Positions 27,215-38,783 of a stretch of 64,000 nucleotides of DNA are shown here, in pieces. The stretch is from contig CM022676.1 in the NCBI GenBank assembly GCA_012295275.1, positions 8,370,001 through 8,434,000 on the forward strand, written 5' to 3'. The position numbers and the translations under genes were made by a program. The DNA comes from Chrysomallon squamiferum. Lineage: Eukaryota > Animalia > Mollusca. Position 1 is the stretch's first letter. Each line of letters begins with the position of its first letter. The notes below the pieces were generated by a model. It was not told the DNA's origin. It did not search any database and worked only from the letters and a program-made list of their open reading frames with translations.

Positions 27215-29397
27215 CTTTACAACAACAGCATTACAACTGCTGAACAAAATCCCTATCGACACTTTTAATATTCAGCTTTTATCAGCACTACAAAATAAAA
27301 AACGATTACGGAAGAATGTACCACCCATAGCGTGCTTGAACCAGTGATAAATAGGAAATTACTTTCCTATCGCTACAGGGATTTAAAATCCAAACAGTGT
27401 ATAAAACAAATCCTTACTAAATATGTTTCAATTATAGCGGTCGCGAGTTATCCGTGTTTCCTGAAATCGTTTATGTCCGGAGTCTCGCTACATTCTTGTT
27501 TTGGGTTACGTATTCAGACCGGATTCATGTGTTTGTTCGGAGAGGTTAGTATTGAAAAATAAGAATTTTCTGAGTTTTATTATTCGTTTTGTAAATATTT
27601 AACCTGTCAGCAATCTTTATTTTTAATTTCTTAAAGTGAAAAAATGTTTGAGTAACGATTTAAATAAGCTGACTGTTGTAAACAAAGATAGTAAAATGTC
27701 CCTTAAGAACTGGATCGGAATATATGATCGGACAAGTGTCAACTAATTCCAAAACAAGTGTTGGTGTATACGTATGCATATGTTTATGTTTGTATGCATA
27801 TTTGTGTGTATGTGCATGCATGCGCGGTCGCGTTTGTATGTAAAAAGAAGAAATTTTGCATTTTTCATAGCCACAGACATAAATTTAAGTGCCTGCATAT
27901 TTCAGTTGTGTTTTATAAATGATCATTAGTGATTACGTCAGTTTTATTATTAATTTGGTATTCGTTATTTATCTAATTTAAAATATATATGTTATCAGAT
28001 TAGATCATAGCCTATACAGTATTGTTTATTATTTATTTTAATACTATTTCTAAGTAATAACATTTAATCAAAATTATGGGAGATAATCTCTTAAATAAAA
28101 TTCATTTTAATTTAAATACAAAAATATTTTTACAAATGTTTACATTTTCTTCACACTTTGTAAATAGGTTTATTTAATTTAGAATTACTGTCTATTTCTG
28201 CTACAGTTACAATTGTCATAGCAACAAATAACAATGTTGAAATACTTACACTTGTAAATATATGCATGATATTAAAATATATTAACATATTAGAAAAACA
28301 GACAAAAAAAACCAACAAACATTCTGTGGTTGGCCTTTGATAAAAAGTGATAATACGAATTATTTATTTATATATTTATTTATTTATAATGACTAATACA
28401 CTAAAAAAAATTGATGACAAATAGTAAATGATACATATCATAAAACTGAATGAATATTATGTTTGTGTGTTTATGTTTTTATATATACACATATAAAACT
28501 ATTATTATTATTATTATTATTATTATTACTAATTTGTATATTAAAATATATTATTATACTGATATTAAGGGTCATATAAAATATGGAGATTCTCATAGAA
28601 AAAATTTGCTTAAAAAATAACTAGCTATAACTTAGCCAAACCAAATTGTATTAATAACGATTAAAAAGAAAAATATATGAACCTATCTGCAGTTTCGTAA
28701 TCTATTTTACTTCATTGTTTTAACTTAAAGGATTAATTAAATTGAAAACAAGTGAACGTAAACAGAATTTTATTTTATTAAAAGTAGCCTTTTTTTCTCA
28801 TAGTATCTAAACATGGTACCCATAAAAAACAAAGAACTTGTTGAAATGTTATCAAAACTCATTCCAGTTGTGATTTGGACTGTGAATCTTTACAAGTATA
28901 ATTCAGATGTTCATAATCTTGGTTAGAGCTTTGTGCATTATTATATATGTACACAGAAATCTGTAATTTGCAGTATTACAACAAATTTAATATTTTAAAA
29001 CAATAGTTTTAGCTCATATTAAAATAACTGTACAGAACTGTTTTTTTAAATTTTTGCCAGTAATAACATTATTTAATGAAATAAAACACTATAATTTAAC
29101 CTGCAATTTTATATCAAATAGCAGGTGATCTATTACTGCTACAACTGCAACAACAACAACAACAACAGCTACTACTACTACTGCTACTAAGATGGTGACA
29201 ACTTCTACTACTATGTACTATGACTACTACTTCTATAACTACAATTATTACTGCTATTACTACAACTACAACTACTACTACTATTACAACTACTAATACT
29301 ACTACTACTGTACCAACCACCACTACCATTGCCACTACTTTTACACAAATACTACTGCTACTACTACTAATGCTATTACTATGATTATTACTAACAT

Positions 29398-29480
29398 ATT
29401 TTCTAATATATTTCATTTTCATTGACAAAGGTGAAATTTTGTTAGCGAAAACATATAGGTCAGCTGCACCTGAAAATAAA
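29398..29480 (-). pseudogene. Orphan paralogous exon fragment of the 16865-17073 exon
   Basis: ttttcag|GAADLYVFANKISPLSMKMKYIRK vs ttttcag|(C)TVDPDVFANKISRLSKEMKYVRK; then runs into trinucleotide repeats. Confidence 0.7.
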
Positions 29481-29619
29481 TTTAAATGAATGAATGAATG
29501 AATGAATACATTAATATGCTTGTGTACATACATATATATAAGATTTTGTAATACTAGAATTGCTGCTATTACTACTACAGTTATTTATTATTATTATTAT
29601 TATTATGATTATGATTATG

Positions 29620-29685
<66 letters not shown>

Positions 29686-31415
29686 GTATTTTCATTTAGT
29701 GCATGGTAAAAATCATATCCCTGTCTTAGATGACATTTTGGTATGCCCACACCATTCATACCTGAACCTTTATTCAGTCTTAATATATGACTGCTTTGTT
29801 ATTTCAGCTAATAATAATAAATATTTAGCAACATTTTATGAAAGGCATTGTAGGCTCAGCCTTTTTAGTTCTTTTATATTTACATTATCTAATACATAAT
29901 GTTTAAGGGAGATTACTCTCTATAGTATATTTGTATTGAATATTAATCTATAACAATAATTATCTTCATATTTAGCTTTGTTTTTGTTACTGTAATTATA
30001 AATTCTTCTTATTGTTATATTTTAGTTTATATGTTTGTATTTATGTGTGTATATGCGTATCTACCTTTAATGGATGTTGGTACAAATGTGTATACAGATA
30101 TGTATAAATATGTGTTTTTTGTGTGTATGTGTGTGAATGTATGTGAATGTATGTATGTTTATGTTTGTATATACATTATAATGTGTCTGTATGTATGTAT
30201 GTTTAATATTAATTTTTATGTTTTATTTACCGCATTTATACATATAATATAACATTATGTATTATTTTAAAATGTTATAATTCTATTCTTCCAGGTCACA
30301 AGAGACAAGGAGACCTCATCCAACATGAACATGCAACATGTAATCATCCAAAAACAACTTTAAGAAAGAAAAAAAACATTACCATGTGGTCAAGAAACCA
30401 TATTTGAAATATCTAAATCTACTACATAACACAAGTTGTAGTTAAAAGGATCGAGATTTCAAAAACAGCTACTTGTGTTTAAGAATGATCCTTTTTAAAA
30501 ACATGGACACCTTATTGGTAGTAAATTTTAAAACATAAAGTTTTATTTAAATGAAATTGTGTGTGAAGATCAGTTATACTTGTTGGAGAATTTGGATTTG
30601 AAAAAAACAGTTCTCTTTGTTTGGGCATCCTTGATAGAAACATCTGTATGATCAGTGAACTAAATGCCAAAGCTTCAGAATTTTTGAAACAAAATTAGTT
30701 TTTTTCAAAAGGAGATTTATCTGAAGAACTGTTTGGACACAAAGGTGTATATGAGATCTATAAAAAAAAATTAAATTTTGAATTCTATTCACAAGAATAA
30801 TTTTTTGAGAAACAGTTGTCTAAAACATTGTTGAAGAAAACTTGATACAAATGTTTACAGTCAAAAAGGTTTAAAAAGGTTAAAACGTCAGAGATATTAA
30901 GAAATATTTACTTTTATTTAAAAAGAATATTTCAAGAACTGTTATGAAAAAAACATTGTTTGTGTATCTTTGCTAAAAGCATCTATATGATCAAGAAAAC
31001 ATCTTGAAAATTATTAAAAAATATTTAATTTTATTTAAAATGAGATCTACCTGAAGAACATTTATCAAAAATCTTTGTTTGAAAACACTTCATTAAAAAG
31101 ACCTGTACTGTGAAGAAAACTTGAGAATTATCAAAACATTTTAGTTGATTTAAAATGAACCTTCTTTTAAAAAAAAATAATGTGCCATAATTCATGGGTA
31201 GAATCCTAAATAGATATATGTATATGTAGTCAATAAACCATACCTGAAACACCTGAATTATTGGAGAAGATGCAGCTTTATTTAAAATGATATGTCCAGT
31301 TAGAGTCCTGATGGGAAAAAATGATGCCTGGAAGAATCAAATTTTATTCTTCATGAAATTCTTCAGTAACCATATCCACTGAATTATCAGTGTATTAGAA
31401 CCTTCATGAAATGAA

Positions 31416-32279
31416 ATGGATTCAGCTGATACAGTGATACGTACTGACACACGCGTCGCATCCTCTTTCAGAGATGAGTGTCTGCTCAAAAAGGATTTAA
31501 AAACACATCCAGGAGAAAGTGTTGAGCTCAAGTGCGTACAAGTCTTAAATCTGCCAGACAGAAATGCTGTGAGAAATGTTAAAGATTTTGAAAAATGTGC
31601 TTCAGAAGATGTTGTGTCTGCGGATAAAACATGTTTGTCGCATAAAGGTTCTGAAATGGATTCTGGAACAGAAGTAGATTCTTCATCAAAAATGGATGCC
31701 AACAAAAGTGGATTCTTTATCAAAAATGCATTCTGTAACAAAAGTGGATTCTTTATCAAAAATGGATTCTATAACAAAATTGGATGATTCACCAGAAATG
31801 GATTCTGCAACAAAAGTCGACGATTTATCAAAAATGGATTGTAAGGATTCGGACATAACAACTGCAGTCCAGAAAGAGTGCAAAATGAAACAGTTAGTGC
31901 TATCAGTGAAAAAAGTGGTGTATCGTTCCATGAGAAACCGAATCTGAATCAGTCAAAATATGCGAAGAAGAGTGAACATTTCAGGAACAGAAGTAAAATG
32001 GATTCTCTTGCAGATGTTCTGTGGTCAGGAAAGAGAATAAGTATTCCTGAAACTCTTTCAGTAAAAGATGTGTTCATGAATGACAGTGATCCACTTCCTA
32101 GTCTCAGAAACAAGAGAAGAGTTTATTCCAGTGTCTCGTCTGCTAAGAGAAGGAAAATGTCGGGAACAGAATCATTAAAGAGTTGTAACACTGAATAAAA
32201 CTCACCATTTAAACATAAGACAGACTCCATAGACAGTGGACAGCTTTCTGAAAAGAAATTTCAAACTGTTAGAAGTGAT
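31416..32279 (+). pseudogene. Disrupted N-terminal reading frame of the C2H2 zinc-finger gene, including a 30-bp coding minisatellite (KVDSLSKMDS)
   Basis: ORFs starting at 31416, 31878 and 32280 share one frame. They are bridged by the +1-frame ORF at 31696 (two compensating shifts near 31697 and 31877) and a single in-frame TAA at 32196-32198. Confidence 0.6.
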
Positions 32280-33743
32280 TTGTCTGGAGGTGAGTGTTCT
32301 GATGGAAGGAAGGAATCATCTGTAGTAGAATCAAAGAACAGGATTAATTGTTCAGGAAAAAGAACCAAAACGTCCAACCTGGACATAAATAAAGAATACA
32401 CTGAGAGTAAAGACTGCGTAGAAGATGTTGAAAACAAGAAGGATTTCACAGATAACGGTAATAATTTAAAACAATCCGATTCTTTCCGTATTGAGAGAAG
32501 ATGCTCATTTGATGACAATACGGAGATAGACTCTAAGGAAAATGTGTTCAAGGATGTTCAGAAAATTAACGTGTCTGAAACAGTAAATCAAAACATTTGT
32601 TCAATAAAATCAGAGGTGATAGAGAGTGATGACTGTAGCGAAAATAAATTAGATATTTTAGTAAATGATACAAACAATTACAAAAAGGAACGTTGCGACT
32701 CCGAAACGGATCAAGGGGAGCAATCGAGTGACACTGAGAAAAACATTACTGCTTCTGACAAAGACGAAGTAAGAGTTACTGTTCCTGGGACAGATGGCGC
32801 CGCCAGTGGACTGTCGTCTGAAGAAAACCCCAAAGGATCGGACGACGATGCGAAAGGATCCGAAGAGAACGCGAAAGAATGGGAAACGGACGAGGACGTG
32901 TTTTCCACCGAGGAGAAAGTCAACGTGCCCGAGTCTCTGATGAAGAAAGATTCCAAGTCAATCACCTGCGACCTGTGCATGAAAAACTTCACCCGCAAAA
33001 CGACGCTCAAACAGCACATGCTCATCCACGCCGGCGAGAAGCCGTACGCCTGCGGCGTCTGCACGAGCTGCTTCGCCGACAGCAGCAGCCTGCGGAGGCA
33101 CATGCTGGTGCACACGGGCGAGAAGCCGTACCAGTGCCAGGTCTGCCTCAAGTGTTTCCGCCACGCCGGAGTCCTCGCCAAGCACAAGCTCGTGCACACG
33201 GGAGAGAGGCCGTACGAGTGCCAGGTGTGCTCCAAGTCGTTCGCCTACTCCCACCACTACAAGACGCACATGCTGATCCACACGGGCGAGAAGCCCTTCC
33301 ACTGCGACGTCTGCGAGAGATCGTTCGCGCAGCACGGCGCCCTCAAGCGGCACGTGCTGCTGCACACGGGCGAGAAGCCGTTCCAGTGCGACACGTGCTT
33401 CGAGCGGTTCGCCCGAAAGGAAAGCCTGCAGAGGCACGCCCTGAACCACACCTACGTGAAGCCGTTCATCTGCGAGCTGTGCTCGAAATGCTTCGTCCAC
33501 CACGGCGCGCTCACCAGACACCTGCTGCTGCACGCCGGCCAGAAGACGTTCAACTGCGGCATCTGCGCCGACGGCTTCTCCAGGAAGGAGACGCTGGAGA
33601 AGCACATGCTGACGCACGCCGAGGAACGTCGGCGTCAGCAGCAGCAGCAGCTACAGTGTGACGTCTGTTCGATGAATTTTGAGGACCAGGTTGATTTCGA
33701 CGAGCATGTACTGACACACAGTGAAAACATAGAAACAAAATAA
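32280..33743 (+). CDS. C2H2 (Kruppel-type) zinc-finger protein, 9 fingers
   Basis: CxxC...HxxxH fingers with HTGEKP[YF] linkers between ~32965 and 33720. The ORF-track start is TTG; the first in-frame ATG is at 32940. True 5' end uncertain. Confidence 0.9.
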   Translation: MSGGECSDGRKESSVVESKNRINCSGKRTKTSNLDINKEYTESKDCVEDVENKKDFTDNGNNLKQSDSFRIERRCSFDDNTEIDSKENVFKDVQKINVSETVNQNICSIKSEVIESDDCSENKLDILVNDTNNYKKERCDSETDQGEQSSDTEKNITASDKDEVRVTVPGTDGAASGLSSEENPKGSDDDAKGSEENAKEWETDEDVFSTEEKVNVPESLMKKDSKSITCDLCMKNFTRKTTLKQHMLIHAGEKPYACGVCTSCFADSSSLRRHMLVHTGEKPYQCQVCLKCFRHAGVLAKHKLVHTGERPYECQVCSKSFAYSHHYKTHMLIHTGEKPFHCDVCERSFAQHGALKRHVLLHTGEKPFQCDTCFERFARKESLQRHALNHTYVKPFICELCSKCFVHHGALTRHLLLHAGQKTFNCGICADGFSRKETLEKHMLTHAEERRRQQQQQLQCDVCSMNFEDQVDFDEHVLTHSENIETK

Positions 33744-33915
33744 TGAAGATTTTTCTGTTATGAAATTTAAATCTGTAGATTAATCTGAATATGATCACAT
33801 AATATTTCTTCCGATTTCTGCAAGATTTTCTCGATAATAATAATAATAATAAATAATAATAATATTATTATTATGGATATGCCATTATTATTATTATTTT
33901 TATTTATTATTTCTA

Positions 33916-33976
<61 letters not shown>

Positions 33977-35353
33977 GAATAAAATTTAAATATTTTATAA
34001 ACATAACTGAACCCTAAGATTTCATTTTACATATTCACATTTTCATCGTTGTTGTTTTTACGTCAGATGTTGTAATCGTATTCTTAGAAATCTTTGTCTG
34101 TTAATAATAATATAAATATGAAAAATGAAATGAACTTAATGTATCACTTAAATATGTGTTTGTCATTGTTTATCAACAGGTACGAATTTGTTTTATTTAT
34201 TTATTTATTTTTAGTTTCGTCATTATTAATTAAAATTCTGCTGTATTTCAGATTTGCACATTTAGAAGCGAACTCAATAATAGAATTAGATCACAATGTC
34301 AGTTATGTTACGAAACGTGTTAAACCACACTGGTTCTGGTGTGTTCAGTTAATTTTCTGGTGTTTATATCCACAGTAAAAGTCAGAATAAGAAGAAAAAA
34401 CAAAGACCAAAAAAGTTTATACAGAAAAATGCAAAAAAAGATTATATTTTTTTTTTTTTTTTTTTTCTAGAAAAATGCAAGATATTACTATTATTATTAT
34501 TATTTTTTTTTTTTTCATTTCTAGAATGACATAATGTGTTTGATTCTGATATGCATATATACATACATACTCACATATAAGTAAGTTCCATTTTTATGTC
34601 TGTCTTCAGTATACTAGAATAATATGGTTAGTGTGATTTGCGTGTGTTTTAATAGTTATAGGTAGTACATACAGGTGAAATTTTAAGTTACGAACAAGTA
34701 ATGGGTAAAAATATTACATTTAACATAAGAGACGGCATAACTGCAACTCATACATTGAAAATGTCACATACAACATGTTACAAATTAAATATTTGTCTCA
34801 CCTTGACAGTGCAGTGATTTCCATTGTTTTAATTTGGCTGCAACTGAATCACACTGTCAAACGGGGCAGAATTAAACTAACGTACGTCCAGGTATTAATT
34901 TAAAACGAGGTAGCAAAAGTTAAAAACAATTAAGAAAACCGGCTGATATCGGCAAATCAAACTGAAATTGTACGACCAATTCCAGAACTTTACAACCTGC
35001 GAACAAACCTTCACTATTGAGCGTACATAATTTGAAGTTCAAATCAGGTTAATAAATAAGAAACGTGAATTAATTAGCTACAACATGCGATCTGCCTCCG
35101 ATGCAGAATGCGCATTTCCAGTACAAGTGCAAGGAAGGAAATAATTTGCAGAGTAATACGTGTTCACAAAGATTTAAGGAAAATAATACTTTTGTCCGAA
35201 ACTTACTTTAATTAAGGTGAGAAACTTTTATGATTACCTCTTTTGATGTAGCAATTTTTATTTTTGTTATTAAATGCAAATGGTTGACATACATTGCTAG
35301 TGTAATTAAGAATTTACTTTTTGTTTCTTTAAATAAAATGAAATGAAATAAAA

Positions 35354-35388
<35 letters not shown>

Positions 35389-35471
35389 AATAAAAATAAA
35401 ATAGATTTACAAAGAACCTTAAAGTAGTACTATTTAATTTCAGAGGTTTCGGAAGTTGGTTTTAAACGTTC

Positions 35472-35653
35472 ATGATGGAAATTTGGTTAGCTGTAACTCT
35501 GTGTAAGTATATCTCTTTAATTTCAATTCGCTTTTACTAAGTAAACTTCTTGACATTCTTTTACTAATTGCGATTAGTCTCTACATTATAATTCAGTGTT
35601 GTTTCTATCTCAACATAGATGAATAATAATAATAAAAAAAATAAAAAAATAAA

Positions 35654-35691
<38 letters not shown>

Positions 35692-35786
35692 GTGTCAATG
35701 CACTGTTAGATATTCGGAAGATTTATTATTTTTCCCCCCCACTTAACATTTACCAGAAAATACACACGGAATCGATAGCCTGACCA

Positions 35787-35835
<49 letters not shown>

Positions 35836-37890
35836 ACACACACACACACAAATGAAAACCGATTAAAACAATGTCGGATGTATAGCATGACATCTCTTTC
35901 AGCGTTATAAATAAATAGTTTCCTTATTCCATTATCTAAAGGTATTATCTTCTTCATTTCTGTCGACGCTGCTGTCAGAGAAGATGCTGGAAAAAGAGCA
36001 GACATGGCAGCGCTACAACGTCGCAATACACGTTCTGAAAAGAGTCGACAAGACCGCTCGCAGATAAACACTGAAGGAGAGAACCGCAAAGACTTACACG
36101 ACATTCTCAACGCAGGCAGCCGTTACGACTTCGTAGTTGTACGAACCGCTGAAATCGCAAACGGCAAAACAAAACAACGTATAGAAGTGACGTTTGATGA
36201 CGTTCCAGTGTTCGGTCTCAGTATACAGGCTACGTACGACGAAGAGAACGGTTACACGGGACCTCTGACGGGCGAGTTTGTCTCAGGGCTGGAAGATGAC
36301 ATCAGCGACTCTTCAGCTTGTCAAAGAAAAGAAGATTTTTTGTTTTCTCTGAGCAAAACGAAATCTGGACTCCCAGCCGCCTGTCCATACTGCAGCGTGT
36401 CTAGGTTTCAGAGGTGCATTTATTTTGATGACAAAAATAAAGCACAGTTAGCATATGTCATAGAAATCGAAGACGATGCTCCAGATAAACTAGCTCGATA
36501 TTACCTCGTTGTTGATGCTTGCTCTCTCAGTACGTACACGATGTATAACACGACACCAAACCGCACAGAATCGACATTTTCTTCTCAGGAAGCCAAAATC
36601 CCAACACAGAACTCAAGATCGAAAATGAGAAAAAGAGAGCATTGTCCTAAAATGGCTAGAGGAACAGGTGGCAACCCCAAAATTGGACCTATCGTCTATG
36701 GAACACCGCCATATTGTCTTGATGTCACCATGATAGGTGGTAACTGTGTGCTGGAGAATGCTGACGTCAAAGTAATAGACATGAATCAAGACTTTTTTAT
36801 ATTACCAGCGTACGAGTACGACTGTATCACGCCTGATGACTCTATTAACGGTGCAAACTCGGCAAACCTAGATGCATTCTTTTTTGGAAATGTTATGACT
36901 CGCGTTTTCAAAGACAATTATAACATGAATCCTTTGCCTTACCAGATGGTACTGTATATACATTTCGGAAATAAATATGAAAATGCCATGTGGGTACCAG
37001 AGTATAAAGCAGCCATTTTTGGTGATTCTTATTGGTTCGTCTACACTTTCGTATCACTGGACTTTGTCTCTCGTGAAATAGCTCATGGCATAACAGGAGA
37101 AAATTCTAAATTGATCAATGCAGAACAATCGGGTGGAATAAGTGAAGCATTTTCTGATATCACTGGGAAGGCTGTCGAATTTCTTTCCCACTACAGAACT
37201 AATGATTGGTTTGTCGGTTACGACATCACTAAGCCACCAATTTTAGCATTCCGAACTCTTCAGGATCCGCCACTGGACGGGAGGTCTATTAGCGATATAA
37301 ATGACTACTACAGCGGCATCAATGTTCACTTTAGCAGCGGTATTTTTAACAAGGCATTTTACGAGATGGTTGTCACACAAATAATAGAAATGAAGGAAGC
37401 ATATCACCTCTTCTTATTAGCTAACGAACTGTACTGGAATTCTGACAGCGACTTCAACCACGCAGCCTGTGGTGTTCGAAACGCTGCAGTAGACCTTGTT
37501 GTCGATACTGTCAAAGTCGATGCTGCGTTTGCCGTCGTAGGTATCAACACCTCAGCATGTCCAGCAGCAAACGTTCAACACGATGAACTTCATCCAGGTA
37601 GAGTGAAAATCACCGTATCTCCGCTGATTAATCCATGCTTTCTGCTTCTGCCCCGATCATCCTGTTGGTGCTATGTGTACGTCAGTGCAAGACGAACACG
37701 ACCGAGAACCAGAGTCCGTATTACCATAAAGAACGGAGTGACTGGAGAGGTCATTGGCTCAAGTCACTATCGACTCTTCTATTACTTACCCAGAGACTTG
37801 GAGGATCGCCTAATCTGCTTTTCCTCCAGTAGGACCACGACGGTCTACCTAGCCACGTATTACTGTGAACATTACAGATGTACGTTTTAA
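35472..37890 (+). CDS. Secreted M4-family (thermolysin/vibriolysin/LasB-like) metalloprotease homologue, copy A, predicted catalytically impaired (REIAH)
   Basis: Exon 35472-35502 (MMEIWLAVTL-T|gtaagt) splices in phase 1 to exon 35942-37890 (taaag|GT IIFFISVDAAVRE...), giving a signal peptide. Then an FTP/PepSY-like propeptide (VPVFG; AQLAYVIE..YYLVVDA), GTGGNPK, NAMW, SREIAHG, GGISEAFSD, NVHFSSG, FNHAACGV and a ~100-aa C-terminal extension. Confidence 0.92.
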
Positions 37891-38092
37891 TCTGAAATGC
37901 GTATACAGATGAAAAGAGTATTTCTACAATAATTAACCTTTTTTTGTCCAGTAAATATCTGTCACTAATTCACATTATAATCAAGTACATGTAAAGTATC
38001 TATTTTTCTCGTTATAAAAGATTGAAATGTAATAAAATTTTGATATTTATATTAAAATGTATAATTAAGCGCTACCTCTGTTTATTAAAGTC

Positions 38093-38514
38093 CATTGAAC
38101 ACAACATTTCTTCTTTCTGTGCTATATCGTTCAAATCTGCTTTTTTTTCCTTGAAATCATCATCGTCTTCATCACTAACAAATTTCACACAAGAATCAAA
38201 AATAGGTAACAGCGTCACACGTACATTCGGGTCCACTGGTACGATGTAAAATATTTCAATAAAAAACCAAAATATCGTTCAACCTGTTTTCATTACACTT
38301 TCTGACTATCTGCATACATTTGCATAAAAACTCATAGCTGATAACAGTTGTTAAACTGGATCAAGAGTGAAACTTGAAATGCGGAACACACATTAAATTT
38401 GGAAATGTATCGGAGACAAATGCCGGGTTCCCTCCACGTGTGTTTGACTGTTCTCTAGATTGTAGCACAGTACGTTGGTGTCTCGTTTGCTTTACTTTAC
38501 ACTTTGCTTCAGCA
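38093..38514. mobile_element. ~420-bp segment present only in duplication unit A (possible TE fragment)
   Basis: Its flanks tacctctgtttatta-gtc and gttc-aaaagattaa are almost adjacent in unit B (43151-43186). No TIR or TSD recognised. Confidence 0.4.
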
Positions 38515-38552
38515 GGTTCTAAAAGATTAATTGAAGCTGAATAATGATTTCG

Positions 38553-38783
38553 ACTGCCAGGTGTGCTCCAAGTCGTTCGCCTACTCCCACCACTACAAGA
38601 CCCACATGCTGATCCACACGGAAGAGAAACCCTTCGACTGTGACGTCTGCGACAGATCCTTGATGCTGAGTAACGTCGGCGTCAGCAGCAGCTACAGTGT
38701 AACGTCTGTTCGATGAATTTTGAGGACCAAGTTGATTTCGACGAACATGTACTGTCACACAGTGAAAACATAGAAACCAAATA
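38553..38783 (+). pseudogene. Truncated, internally deleted copy of the zinc-finger gene 3' end
   Basis: CQVCSKSFAYSHHYKTHMLIHTEEKPFDCDVCDRS, then a jump to the aacgtcggcgtcagcagcagctacagtg last-finger sequence with frameshifts; most of fingers 5-8 deleted. Confidence 0.9.

Noticed and set aside
27350-27370. Hairpin ATAGGAAA-TTAC-TTTCCTAT near the putative ZNF promoter
   Set aside because: A short AT-rich palindrome expected by chance; no supporting context.
32711-33661. Overlapping alternative-frame and antisense ORFs over the zinc fingers
   Set aside because: Expected by-product of GC-rich codon usage in the finger array.
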